Source: Candidatus Woesearchaeota archaeon
Lineage (GTDB): Archaea; Nanobdellota; Nanobdellia; SCGC-AAA011-G17; JACPNG01
Reading direction: 5' to 3'
NCBI GenBank assembly: GCA_016185615.1
Contig: JACPNE010000005.1
Span: 33,622-97,621 of the forward strand
Length of the DNA stretch: 64,000 bases
Both the position numbers and the translations under genes were made by a program. A model generated the notes under the pieces. It was not told the DNA's origin, did not search any database, and was given only the letters and a program-made list of their open reading frames with translations. Of the stretch, positions 37,396-46,913 are shown in pieces (the first letter of the stretch is position 1; each line of letters starts with the position of its first letter).

Positions 37396-38328
37396 TTAAT
37401 CTTCTTTTAATTCATTCATAATTATATTTGCCCCGCTCATACTTTTTTTTTCTGCGGTTCTTTTTAATTCTTCAATCATTTCAGTATTTTTTTCAGGTAT
37501 AGCAAACCAACCAGTATTAAGACCTTCTTTTATAGCATGGTTAATCAAATCATGAGATTTTTTTATTATAATAATAATATTATCTAAATCTCCTACATTT
37601 TTTAGATAGATCCTGCCCCATTTTAGAGCATCTGCATATGGAATTTCTACCCCATTTATTTTTTCAGCATTTGTAAATAAATGTAATTTTATCCCTTGTT
37701 TTTGAGGATGCATGTAAATAAATACCTTTTCTGGACTATAATAGGTTATAGCATTTTTAGAAACTTTTCTCCAAATATTATTATTAATTTCTTGTATTTT
37801 TCTATCTAAGATTTCAAACAATTCTTTTGTTTTATTCCAATCATTGTGGATATGATGAGATAATTCAATAATTTCTTCTTTATTATCAATTTTGTCTGGG
37901 TCTTCTAAGGTAGGATTGTCTAATCCCCCTATCTCAGATTTTAATTCGATAACTTCAACTCCCTTCCTATTTAGATTTTCTTTCTGTTCTTCACTTAAAT
38001 CATCATTCCAACAGACAATAACATCACACCCAATTGGGTCATGGTCAAAATTGCTACTTTTATATTCAAATTCTATATTTATCCTTTCCCATCTACCTTT
38101 ACCCAAGTATCGTATTGCCGTACAATCTGGATAACCTTGCTGAATGCTTTCGACTCTTATATTCAAATTCTCAGCAACTAATCCAAATAAGTAAACAACT
38201 CCCTGTTCATTAATTGGGTTGTACATCATTCCTCTAAAATTCATAGGACTTCCAACTTGAGTTTTATCCTTAACCATACAATAGTGCCAATAAGAATTAT
38301 ATTTAAACTTTCCTGTGTAGAAAGTCAC
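37396..38328 (-). CDS. PD-(D/E)xK nuclease-like N-terminal domain protein with a DUF5655-like C-terminal domain (cassette cargo)
   Basis: GYPDCTAIRY...INIEFEYKSSNF.HD...CDVIVCW fits D...ExK plus the trailing strand common in restriction-endonuclease-fold proteins. C-terminal YYSPEKVFIYMHPQKQGIKLHL resembles DUF5655. The GTG start is uncertain. Confidence 0.45.
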   Translation of the reverse strand: MTFYTGKFKYNSYWHYCMVKDKTQVGSPMNFRGMMYNPINEQGVVYLFGLVAENLNIRVESIQQGYPDCTAIRYLGKGRWERINIEFEYKSSNFDHDPIGCDVIVCWNDDLSEEQKENLNRKGVEVIELKSEIGGLDNPTLEDPDKIDNKEEIIELSHHIHNDWNKTKELFEILDRKIQEINNNIWRKVSKNAITYYSPEKVFIYMHPQKQGIKLHLFTNAEKINGVEIPYADALKWGRIYLKNVGDLDNIIIIIKKSHDLINHAIKEGLNTGWFAIPEKNTEMIEELKRTAEKKSMSGANIIMNELKED

Positions 38329-38351
38329 TCAAAATCAGCACTTTTTACACA
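38314..38351. repeat. Two copies of the same 12-mer at the right end (one direct, one inverted and terminal)
   Basis: tgtgtagaaagt (38314-25, next to the GTG start of the 310-aa ORF) and actttttacaca (38340-51, the reverse complement of tgtgtaaaaagt). Confidence 0.75.
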
Positions 38352-38373
38352 AAGCCTTCTTGATGAAAACCTA

Positions 38374-38380
38374 TTTATAA
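38374..38380 (+). promoter_or_regulatory. Archaeal TATA box for the aminotransferase gene
   Basis: tttataa is centred about 25 nt upstream of the ATG at 38402. Confidence 0.5.
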
Positions 38381-38401
38381 TCAAAAATTTAATCTAAAGT
38401 A

Positions 38402-39568
38402 ATGAGGCATATATCAGAGAGAGAATTACAACTTCCAGATGCTGTTATAGGAAAATTATTGGGATTAGCAGCAGAAGATAAATCCATTATTTCATTAGGC
38501 CCAGGTGAGCCAGATTTTGAAACTCCCAAGCCTTTATTACAATACTTAAAGTCAATTATTTCAAAAAATAAAAAATTAAGATTTACACATTATTCCCCAA
38601 GCGAAGGAAGGACTGATTTAAGGGAAGCTATTGTAAAGAAATTAAAAAGAGACAATAAAATTAATGCTGATATTGATAATATTATAGTAACAACTGGGAG
38701 TCAAGAAGCTATTTTTACCACATTATTATCAACTTTGGATATTAATGAGCAAGTAATAATCCCAAATCCAGGATATTTAGCTTATTTGCCAGCAATAGAA
38801 TTAAGTGATGCTGTTCCTGTTGACTTGGAATTAAGAGAAGAAGAAGGATTTGAGATAAACCCAGACAGAATTAAGAAATTAATAAACAAAAAAACAAGAG
38901 GCATAATTGTTAATACCCCTTCTAATCCTACTGGAACTGTATTAAGCAAAAAATTATTAGAAGAAATTGCTGACATAGCTGTAAATAATGATTTATACAT
39001 TTTTAGTGATGAGGCTTATGAAAAATTAATTTATGATTCCAAACATATTAGCATTGGATCATTTAATGGGATGAAGAATTATGTTATAACCTTACAGACT
39101 TTCTCTAAAAGTTATGCTATGTGCGGATTTAGATTAGGATATGCTCATGGTCCTAGAAATGTAATTGATGCAATGAAAAAAAGCATTCATTATATTACAT
39201 TAGCTGCTCCAACTTTATCCCAGTTAGTTGGAATAAAAGCATTAAGTTTGCCTAATAAGCATATAGAAAAAATGAGAAAAGAGTATGACAGAAGAAGAAG
39301 ATTCATTGTTAAGAGATTAAATGAGATTGGATTAAGAACTTTAGAGCCAAAAGGGGCATTTTATGCATTTTCTAACATAAAAGATTTTAATCTTAAATCT
39401 AGTGTATTTGCCAAGAGATTATTAAATGAAGCTAAAGTTGCTGTTGTGCCAGGAACTGAATTTGGAAGATTTGGAGAAGGATATATTAGATTTAGTTATG
39501 CTACTGATTACAAACTGATTGTTAAAGCTATGGACAGATTGGAGAAGTTTGTTAAGAGATTAAAATAA
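38402..39568 (+). CDS. Class I/II PLP-dependent (aspartate-type) aminotransferase
   Basis: NPSNPTG, SDEAYE, and SKSYAMCGFRLGY (PLP lysine). Confidence 0.85.
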   Translation: MRHISERELQLPDAVIGKLLGLAAEDKSIISLGPGEPDFETPKPLLQYLKSIISKNKKLRFTHYSPSEGRTDLREAIVKKLKRDNKINADIDNIIVTTGSQEAIFTTLLSTLDINEQVIIPNPGYLAYLPAIELSDAVPVDLELREEEGFEINPDRIKKLINKKTRGIIVNTPSNPTGTVLSKKLLEEIADIAVNNDLYIFSDEAYEKLIYDSKHISIGSFNGMKNYVITLQTFSKSYAMCGFRLGYAHGPRNVIDAMKKSIHYITLAAPTLSQLVGIKALSLPNKHIEKMRKEYDRRRRFIVKRLNEIGLRTLEPKGAFYAFSNIKDFNLKSSVFAKRLLNEAKVAVVPGTEFGRFGEGYIRFSYATDYKLIVKAMDRLEKFVKRLK

Positions 39569-39617
39569 CCATTAAATCCCAATAAAGATTATAAATCTTT
39601 ACTCAACCAAACAAAAT

Positions 39618-40901
39618 ATGAGTAAAGTTCTTATTATTGGTTCTGGTGGTAGAGAACATGCTTTGGGATGGAAAATTGCTCAAAGTCCAGAAGTTTCTGA
39701 GGTTTTATATTCTTCAGGAAATGCAGGAACATATAATGAAATTAAAGGAAGAAATATAGAAACAAGTGGTTCAAATGAAGATTTAGCACATTTAATAGAA
39801 TCAGAAAATATTGATTTAACCATTATTGGTCCAGAACAACCTTTAGCTAATGGATTAGTTGATTTTCTTAACTCAAGAGGATATTATAAAGTGTTTGGTC
39901 CCACAGAGAAAGCAGCTCAATTAGAGTCTGATAAATTTTTTTCTTATAGAATAATGAAAGAACTAAAAATTCCTCAAGCTGATTCAATTTTATGTAAATC
40001 ATTAGATGAAGCTATAGATGCTATTGAAAAAACAGGTTTTACTGTAATAAAAGCAAGGGGACTTACTGCTGGAAAAGGTGTTACAGTTTGTAGTACAAAA
40101 GAAGAAACTCTTGAAATTGTTGAGAAACATTCGGAACAATATAAAGATAAAGATGGAAATTATCATGTACTAATTGCTGAGAGATTGTATGGACAAGAGT
40201 TTTCAGTATTTGGAATTTCAGATGGAAAAATAGTTTCACCACTAGAAATTTCATTGCAAGATCATAAAAGATTATTAGACAATGATAAAGGTCCAAATAC
40301 GGGGGGCATGGGTGCATATTGTCCTGTACCAATTGCATCTAAAGATTTAGTGAGATATGTTGCTAATAAAATAATGACCCCTGTTATTCAAAAAATGAGA
40401 TCAGATGGAATTGAATATAAGGGATTTATTTATGCTGGAATGATAATGACAAATAAAAGGTTAAGAGTTCTTGAATTTAATGTAAGATTTGGAGACCCAG
40501 AATGTCAACCAGCAATGATGATGATAAATAATGGATTATATGAAACAATTTCTCTTGCCTTAGAAGGAAAATTAAATAGACCTAAAATTAATTTTAAACC
40601 TGGAGCTTCATGTTGTGTAGTTTTAGCATCACAAGGATATCCTGAGAATTATAAAAAAGGTTTACTAATATCTGGTTTGGATGAAGTTAATGGTATTGGG
40701 AATGTAAAAATATTTCATGCGGGAACAAAATTAGATTATAGTAATAGGATTGTGACAGCAGGCGGAAGAGTATTGGGAGTAACTGCTTATTCAGAAGATG
40801 GAATTGGAGAAGCCCAAAAATTAGCTTATTATACAGTCCAAAGGATAAATATTGATGGTGGGTTTTATTATAGAAGAGATATAGGAAGTAAAGCTTTATA
40901 A
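39618..40901 (+). CDS. purD: Phosphoribosylamine-glycine ligase
   Basis: KVLIIGSGGREHALGWK, ATP-grasp core, EFNVRFGDPE. Confidence 0.9.
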   Translation: MSKVLIIGSGGREHALGWKIAQSPEVSEVLYSSGNAGTYNEIKGRNIETSGSNEDLAHLIESENIDLTIIGPEQPLANGLVDFLNSRGYYKVFGPTEKAAQLESDKFFSYRIMKELKIPQADSILCKSLDEAIDAIEKTGFTVIKARGLTAGKGVTVCSTKEETLEIVEKHSEQYKDKDGNYHVLIAERLYGQEFSVFGISDGKIVSPLEISLQDHKRLLDNDKGPNTGGMGAYCPVPIASKDLVRYVANKIMTPVIQKMRSDGIEYKGFIYAGMIMTNKRLRVLEFNVRFGDPECQPAMMMINNGLYETISLALEGKLNRPKINFKPGASCCVVLASQGYPENYKKGLLISGLDEVNGIGNVKIFHAGTKLDYSNRIVTAGGRVLGVTAYSEDGIGEAQKLAYYTVQRINIDGGFYYRRDIGSKAL

Positions 40902-40957
40902 ATTAAGATAAAACTATCAATTAAAAAGAGTTCTAAAAAGATAATTAATATGAAAAA

Positions 40958-41767
40958 ATGTCAGAATTAAATATATTAAAAGAGAAGAGTATAATTCCAG
41001 TAGATAGTTATCCTTATGTTAAGATATTTGGTGATAATCCGGTTCTTGCTGAAGGATTGAATTTACACGATTTTTATTTAATTTCTCAATTTGCTTGGGA
41101 TTTTTCTAGGGGAGATTATAAAGATATTCAAATAAAACATAATGATGAGGAAGTTGATACTGTTAAAAAGTTTAGTAGATTGTATTTATCTCAGAGAAGG
41201 AAACTTGCAGAACTGATTAATCACGAGATATTTATGGGGGGAGTAAAACCATTAGAACTTATGCTTATTTATGAATTTTCTTTTTCAGGATTAAATTTGT
41301 CTGGAAATCTAAAAGTTAATTCAAGAAAAGCACACTATCCACATGTCCATTTTGTCTGGGAATGTGGACTTGATGATTACGCAAACCAATTGGGGGAGAG
41401 AAAATCAATTATATTAAATGATGATAGTTCACTAGATTTCCATGGTGGCAATTTAGGTAAGTTAGTTGTCTCAGATAAAAGAAATCCTCTTCCTATGAGA
41501 AATACTCTCCAATTTATTCATATGCATTTACCAACGGGATATATGAAAGTTGATGATGAAATGTTTAATATTCTTGGTATTCCAAAAAATTATTTAGATC
41601 ATCTTAGAGAAAAATTTGATAAAAATACTGCTAGTTATATGTTAAGTATGGGTTTTCAAGGGAATGGAATTTTAACTAACCAGCTATTATCATTAGCAGA
41701 TAGAATACATTATAATGAACGTTTTACTAATTTCTTTAAAAATTTTGAGTATTATAGAAAAGAATGA
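40958..41767 (+). CDS. Hypothetical protein
   Basis: Long ORF with an upstream A/T-rich promoter region. The HYPHVHFVW His cluster is noted but cannot be assigned. Confidence 0.4.
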   Translation: MSELNILKEKSIIPVDSYPYVKIFGDNPVLAEGLNLHDFYLISQFAWDFSRGDYKDIQIKHNDEEVDTVKKFSRLYLSQRRKLAELINHEIFMGGVKPLELMLIYEFSFSGLNLSGNLKVNSRKAHYPHVHFVWECGLDDYANQLGERKSIILNDDSSLDFHGGNLGKLVVSDKRNPLPMRNTLQFIHMHLPTGYMKVDDEMFNILGIPKNYLDHLREKFDKNTASYMLSMGFQGNGILTNQLLSLADRIHYNERFTNFFKNFEYYRKE

Positions 41768-41789
41768 ATAAATGATTTAATAATTGAGA

Positions 41790-43145
41790 TTATAAATAAT
41801 AATCAACCAATGCTTTTATTGATCTTACAGCGTTTTCCGGATATGTAAAACAGGGAACTCCGTTATTCTGCAAAGACTCCTTTAATATCTGGGTAAATTC
41901 TCCTCCTGTAGAAACAACAACAATTGGCTTCTTATGCATTGTTTTGAATTCTGTTATTACATCAACAACATCTGTTGTGACCAAAGGAGTTTGGTATAAT
42001 ACAACCAATAATAAAATATCTATATTCTTATCGTTCAAACATGCTTCAATAGATAATCTATATCTTTCTGTAGTAGCATCTCCTGTCAAATCCATTGGAT
42101 TATTGATAATAACAATTGGAGGAAAATTTTTCTTAAGAAATCTTTTAGTCTCTGAGCTAGGCTCTGCCATCCTCAGATTATTTTTTATAACAGCATCAGT
42201 GCAAATAATTCCATAACCTCCGCCATTAGTTATGATTTGTATTCTATTATTTTTTGGGCGAATTGAACTTTCTAATATTCTGGCATAATTGAACATATCT
42301 TCCAATGTAGGGGCATAAATCATTCCAGTTTGTTTAAAAGCAGCCAAGTAAACATCTGAGCTTCCAGCTAATGATCCAGTATGGGATAATGTTGCTTTAT
42401 TTCCTTCCTCTGTTAATCCACCCTTGACAACTATAACAGGCTTTCTTTTTGTGGCTTCTTTCATAATATTCATGAATTTTTTAGAATCTTTTATAGCCTC
42501 AACATACAAACATATTACTTTAGTATTCTCATCTGTAGTTAGATATTCAACCAAATCAGACTCATCAATATCAATTGCATTTCCATAGCTTACAAATTTA
42601 GAAAATCCATCCTCTTCCTTGGAAGCTAAATCCAAGATAGTGGAGCCTACAGCTCCTGATTGACAAACAAAAGAGATTCCCCCAAATTTGGGCCTTTTAA
42701 GCCTATAATGCGGCAAAAATAGGGTATCCAGCTTATTCTTAGTATTTAGTATTCCTAGGCAATTTGGACCTATAACTCTTAGCTTATACTTCTTTATTGC
42801 TTTTTGTAATGCGCTTTCTAACTTATTATTTCCTATCTCCTTGAATCCAGCGCTTATTATTATTAAATCCTTTATCTTCTTTCTTCCGCATTCATTAGCC
42901 ACTTTTATTGCTTGTTTGGCTGGAACAGCGATTACAGCCAAATCTATGTTTTCCTTTATTTGGGAGATATTCTTATAAGAGATATAGCCAAGAACAGACT
43001 GAACATTAGGATTAACAACAAATATATTGCCATTAAACTCCCCATCTATAAGATTTCTGAAAATAACATGACCTATTTTATTTGGATTTCTAGATACTCC
43101 GATTATTGCTATATTTGTAGCATTAAAAAAATTGCTCAGGTCCAT
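41790..43145 (-). CDS. ADP-forming acetyl-CoA synthetase, alpha (CoA-binding/ligase-CoA) subunit
   Basis: IAIIGVSRNPNKIG CoA-binding Rossmann motif and the SHTGSLAG phosphohistidine loop. Confidence 0.75.
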   Translation of the reverse strand: MDLSNFFNATNIAIIGVSRNPNKIGHVIFRNLIDGEFNGNIFVVNPNVQSVLGYISYKNISQIKENIDLAVIAVPAKQAIKVANECGRKKIKDLIIISAGFKEIGNNKLESALQKAIKKYKLRVIGPNCLGILNTKNKLDTLFLPHYRLKRPKFGGISFVCQSGAVGSTILDLASKEEDGFSKFVSYGNAIDIDESDLVEYLTTDENTKVICLYVEAIKDSKKFMNIMKEATKRKPVIVVKGGLTEEGNKATLSHTGSLAGSSDVYLAAFKQTGMIYAPTLEDMFNYARILESSIRPKNNRIQIITNGGGYGIICTDAVIKNNLRMAEPSSETKRFLKKNFPPIVIINNPMDLTGDATTERYRLSIEACLNDKNIDILLLVVLYQTPLVTTDVVDVITEFKTMHKKPIVVVSTGGEFTQILKESLQNNGVPCFTYPENAVRSIKALVDYYL

Positions 43146-43210
43146 GTATCAAAGTATAAAAGCTAAATTCTATATAAAATTTTGTTATTTTAGCAAAAGA
43201 GTAAAAAGCC

Positions 43211-43218
43211 TTTAAAAA
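43211..43218 (+). promoter_or_regulatory. TATA box for tRNA-Arg
   Basis: tttaaaaa is centred about 27 nt upstream of the tRNA 5' end. Confidence 0.5.
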
Positions 43219-43240
43219 TGATAAGTTTTTCATAGTTACT

Positions 43241-43312
43241 GGGCTTATAGTCTAATGGATAAAATATCCCGCTTCGGACGGGAAGTTCTGGGTTCGACTC
43301 CCAGTAGGCCCA
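43241..43312 (+). tRNA. tRNA-Arg (anticodon TCG)
   Basis: Folded by hand. Acceptor GGGCTTA/TAGGCCC. Anticodon stem TCCCG/CGGGA with loop CTTCGGA. T arm CTGGG-TTCGACT-CCCAG. Discriminator A, no encoded CCA. The D stem has one C-A mismatch. Confidence 0.8.
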
Positions 43313-43421
43313 TTTATAGAAAAATAGATTATCAAAATAAGAGAGCCAATGACCCATGCTATTCTTTCTATAATTAAATGGAAACAATAAAGTTTAAATA
43401 AATACATTAGTTTTTTCTGTT

Positions 43422-44897
43422 ATGAAAAGGGAATTAGGAATTACAGTAAAAAAAGATGAGAACTTTTCTGAATGGTATTCTCAAGTTGTTCAAAAGGCGG
43501 AATTAGCAGATATAAGATTTGGAATACAAGGATTTATAGTACATAGGCCATGGGGTTTTTTTATTATAAGAAAAATCTATGAGTACTTGGAAGAGGAAGT
43601 TGAAAAACAATGTCATCTTCCATATCTATTTCCAGTAGCTGTTAAAGAAGATGATTTGAAAAGAGAAAAAGATCATGCTGGATTCACCCCAAATGTATTT
43701 TGGATTTCGGAGGCTGGAGAAAAAAAATTAGAAGAAAGGTTTGCTTTGAGACCAACTGGAGAAGCACAAATATATCCACTATACTCTTTATGGTTCAGAA
43801 GCTATAAAGATTTGCCGTTTAAGGGATATCAAAGCAGAATCTCAGCATTCAGAAATGAGATGACTACAAGGCCTTTCTTAAGAGGAAGAGAATTTCTTTT
43901 TTTTGAAACACATAATGTATTTAATAGACATGAAGAAGCATTGGAACAAATTAAAGAGGATTTGGATACATGCAAAAAAGTTATAGGGGAAAAGATAAAA
44001 CTTCCATTTTTATATTTCAAAAGGCCCGAATGGGATAAGTTTAGCGGAGCAGATGATACGTACACTCCAGATACATTAATGCCTGACGGAAAAAGAAATC
44101 AATTAGCTTCTACTCATGACCTTGGACAGAATTTCTCAAAGGCTTTTAATATCAAAGTTAAAGGCAAAGATGAAAAGGAACAATTTGTCTGGCAGACTTG
44201 TTTTGGTCCAGGAATATGGAGAATAATGGCTGCTCTAATTGGAATTCATGGAGATAACAATGGATTAGTTATTCCTTCAGACATGTCTCCCTTACAAATA
44301 ATCATCATTCCAATAACCTTTAGCAATAAAGAGGCTGAGTCAAAAAAAGTTATTGAGTTATGCAGAAAGATTGAGTCCTCATTAAAAAAAATCGGATACA
44401 GAACAAAATTTGATGATAGCGAAGATACTCCTGGATTTAAGCACAATAAATGGGAATTATTTGGGGTTCCAATAAGAGTAGAAATTGGACCTAAAGAAGC
44501 AAAAAATAAAACAGTTTCATTAGCATTAAGAACAGAAAATAAAAAAAGACAACTTAAACTATCAAATTTAGAAAAAGAAATTAAAAAACTCTTATCAAAA
44601 TTAGATAAAGATATAGAGAGTAAAGCTAATGAATATTTCAAGAATAATACAAGAAATTCTAACTCTTTGAAAGATTTAAAAGAGTTAATAAAAAAATATA
44701 AGGGTTTTATAAAAGTTCCATTTTGTTCTGTTAAAAATGATGGAGAAAAATGTGCAGATATCCTAAAAGCTGAAACAGACGGAGCTTATGTATGCGGAAC
44801 TTTATATCCTAAGGAAGAAAAAGTAAGTCCAAACTCAAAATGCATAATATGCAACAAAAAAGCAGAGCATACTGTTTATGTAGCTAAGAGTTATTGA
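43422..44897 (+). CDS. proS: Prolyl-tRNA synthetase, archaeal/eukaryotic type
   Basis: Class IIa motifs, an anticodon-binding domain and a C-terminal Zn-binding domain ending in ...Y. Confidence 0.9.
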   Translation: MKRELGITVKKDENFSEWYSQVVQKAELADIRFGIQGFIVHRPWGFFIIRKIYEYLEEEVEKQCHLPYLFPVAVKEDDLKREKDHAGFTPNVFWISEAGEKKLEERFALRPTGEAQIYPLYSLWFRSYKDLPFKGYQSRISAFRNEMTTRPFLRGREFLFFETHNVFNRHEEALEQIKEDLDTCKKVIGEKIKLPFLYFKRPEWDKFSGADDTYTPDTLMPDGKRNQLASTHDLGQNFSKAFNIKVKGKDEKEQFVWQTCFGPGIWRIMAALIGIHGDNNGLVIPSDMSPLQIIIIPITFSNKEAESKKVIELCRKIESSLKKIGYRTKFDDSEDTPGFKHNKWELFGVPIRVEIGPKEAKNKTVSLALRTENKKRQLKLSNLEKEIKKLLSKLDKDIESKANEYFKNNTRNSNSLKDLKELIKKYKGFIKVPFCSVKNDGEKCADILKAETDGAYVCGTLYPKEEKVSPNSKCIICNKKAEHTVYVAKSY

Positions 44898-46858
44898 AAG
44901 AAACTAAATATTTTATCAATCCATGTTCTGTAAAAAGGAATGTTTGTAACTTCTATCTTATGGATTTCTTCATGTTTTCTATCTAATCCAAGCTCATCTC
45001 TATAGAACAATTTTATTTTTAATTCATTATTTCTAATATTTTTTCCCTGTAATGGTGCGGAAATAGAATATCTTCCCTCGAAATTCTCAAGCTGTGATTT
45101 TGCTATACCACTAACTTCAAGGCTAACATTATTTATCATTGTATTTGAAAAAATATCAAATGTTAAATCTGTTTTTTCCCTGTATTCTATTGTTTTTGGC
45201 TCAATCTCAATAAATCTAACCTTTGGAACCTTTACTATGTTGAGCTTTAGATCATTATATTTAATTAAACTGTCTGTTTCAGCACTTATTCTTAAGTCTA
45301 TAGGAGATGATAATGAAATTTTAAAATCCAACTCTTTTTTCTCAGCTATCTTTAAATTTGCTCTTTTGCAGTTAGTTATTACACAAACATCTATATTTTC
45401 AATATTCTTGTTTCCTGTATTCTCAACAACACATTTTATGTCTATTTCCTCATCTGTATAATAATCTTTTTTGGAAGAGCCACACATTAAATCAATATTA
45501 CTTAAGAATTTCTTCTCTTCCCTTATCTCCATCGATTTTATTGTCTCTTCAGCTTTCTCCAAGCTTAACTCATTAAAATCTTTTGAAAATTTTATTATAT
45601 CATTAGCAACTGCTCCGAATGTTGTTTTAGCTTCTAACTCAGATGTATAAACAAATTTTTCATTAAGATCTTTATCTATTACTATTGTCCAGAAAAATTT
45701 CTTTTCTTCATTTGGTTTTAGTAATATATGCTTAACATTTTTTTCTAGTAAATTGGGGGCTTTTGTTATAACAATAGATTCAGGAACATAATAGGGCTGA
45801 TTGTTTTTTATTGTAACTTCCAATGGAACATAACTTCCAAAACTAGCTTCTTTTTCAAATGGCTTCAAGCTTAAGGTTGTTAATGGGTATATTTGTCCTA
45901 TTGTTTTCTTTACATCAGTAGTAATTGACAATCCTTTTGGTTTTAATTCTATTCCAGAAGATCTCCATGTATAATCAACTGCAGATTCTCCAGAATCCTC
46001 TACCACGCTTAACTTCACATGACTTGGGTCTATCCATCCATACTGCCCAAATGTGACATCAAATGGAACCCAGCCGTATCCCGGAAAATAGACTTCCGCC
46101 CATCCATGATTTCCAAAATAATATCCAGCATTTGTATATACAACCCCCCCGACAAATCTAGCAGGGATGTTTAATGATCTTAGCATTGAAATGAATAAAT
46201 TTGTTATCTCGTCGCAAACTCCCTGTTTATTTTCTAATACCCAGCTTGACTTCTGGACAGCCTCAGCTGTTAATGTTGTTAGATCATACTCTACATTATT
46301 ATTTATCCAATCAGCTATTTTGGTTACAGCTATATACATATCATCTTCCCCTTCAACTAATTCTACAGCCAAATCTTTTATATCAGAATTAATATCTATG
46401 AATTCAGTTGGCTTGATATATCTTTCCAAGGATTTATCCTCAAATCTTATTGGAAATGGAACCTTTTTTGTTATTTTTATAAAATCATTTTTTGTTTTAA
46501 TATCTGCATCAATAGAATAGTAATATCTCTTTTCTTTCGGATCTTCCCAACTAAAATATATTTTATTGTCCCTATTTTCTATATCAGCCCCTTCTGCTAT
46601 GATCTTTTCAGAAATTATCTTTTGTCTTTCATCCTCATCCGGAAAATATTTTAGAACAACATTCATATAATCAATGCTATAACTGTTTTTTTCAGGAATA
46701 ATCTCAATCTCGGAATTTATGTTTATATTAAGTTCAAGGCTTGAGTATTCATTATAATTTTCCGGCTTTTGGGATACTTCTAACTGTTCTAATTGAGCAC
46801 TTACTAGAGGCATCAAAAGTATAAAAATTATAAAAATTTTCTTGATGTTGGCTATCAC
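44891..46858 (-). CDS. Secreted transglutaminase-like (papain-fold) domain protein
   Basis: Signal peptide. GVCDEITNLFISMLRSLNIPARFV...HGWAEVY...WVPFD matches the Cys-His-Asp transglutaminase core. Confidence 0.7.
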   Translation of the reverse strand: MIANIKKIFIIFILLMPLVSAQLEQLEVSQKPENYNEYSSLELNININSEIEIIPEKNSYSIDYMNVVLKYFPDEDERQKIISEKIIAEGADIENRDNKIYFSWEDPKEKRYYYSIDADIKTKNDFIKITKKVPFPIRFEDKSLERYIKPTEFIDINSDIKDLAVELVEGEDDMYIAVTKIADWINNNVEYDLTTLTAEAVQKSSWVLENKQGVCDEITNLFISMLRSLNIPARFVGGVVYTNAGYYFGNHGWAEVYFPGYGWVPFDVTFGQYGWIDPSHVKLSVVEDSGESAVDYTWRSSGIELKPKGLSITTDVKKTIGQIYPLTTLSLKPFEKEASFGSYVPLEVTIKNNQPYYVPESIVITKAPNLLEKNVKHILLKPNEEKKFFWTIVIDKDLNEKFVYTSELEAKTTFGAVANDIIKFSKDFNELSLEKAEETIKSMEIREEKKFLSNIDLMCGSSKKDYYTDEEIDIKCVVENTGNKNIENIDVCVITNCKRANLKIAEKKELDFKISLSSPIDLRISAETDSLIKYNDLKLNIVKVPKVRFIEIEPKTIEYREKTDLTFDIFSNTMINNVSLEVSGIAKSQLENFEGRYSISAPLQGKNIRNNELKIKLFYRDELGLDRKHEEIHKIEVTNIPFYRTWIDKIFSFFQ

Positions 46859-46913
46859 CTCTACAACAATGGGTAAAACAATATTTAAATAGTTTTATAC
46901 TTTTTTAATAATT

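Larger units (their letters stand above)
36340..38357. mobile_element. 2,018-bp cassette bounded by 18-bp terminal inverted repeats and a 7-8 bp direct repeat (candidate novel transposable/insertion element)
   Basis: Left end AGGCTTTGTGTAAATAGT (36340-57). Right end ACTTTTTACACAAAGCCT (38340-57), whose reverse complement is AGGCTTTGTGTAAAAAGT, giving 17 of 18 identity. TCTTGAT abuts both ends (36333-39 and 38358-64). Five TGTGTARAWAGT subterminal copies. Confidence 0.55.

Noticed and set aside
36341-38356. The exact 2,000-bp offset between the two inverted-repeat cores.
   Set aside because: A round number has no biological meaning here. Only the TIR and direct-repeat architecture is reported.
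40958-41767. The HYPHVHFVW His cluster, considered as a HIT/GalT-like nucleotidyl-transferase motif.
   Set aside because: The pattern does not match HxHxHxx or HxHxQ cleanly, and no other family motifs were recognised. The protein is left as hypothetical.
43190-43387. A 65-aa minus-strand ORF.
   Set aside because: It runs straight across the tRNA-Arg gene (43241-43312), so it is spurious.
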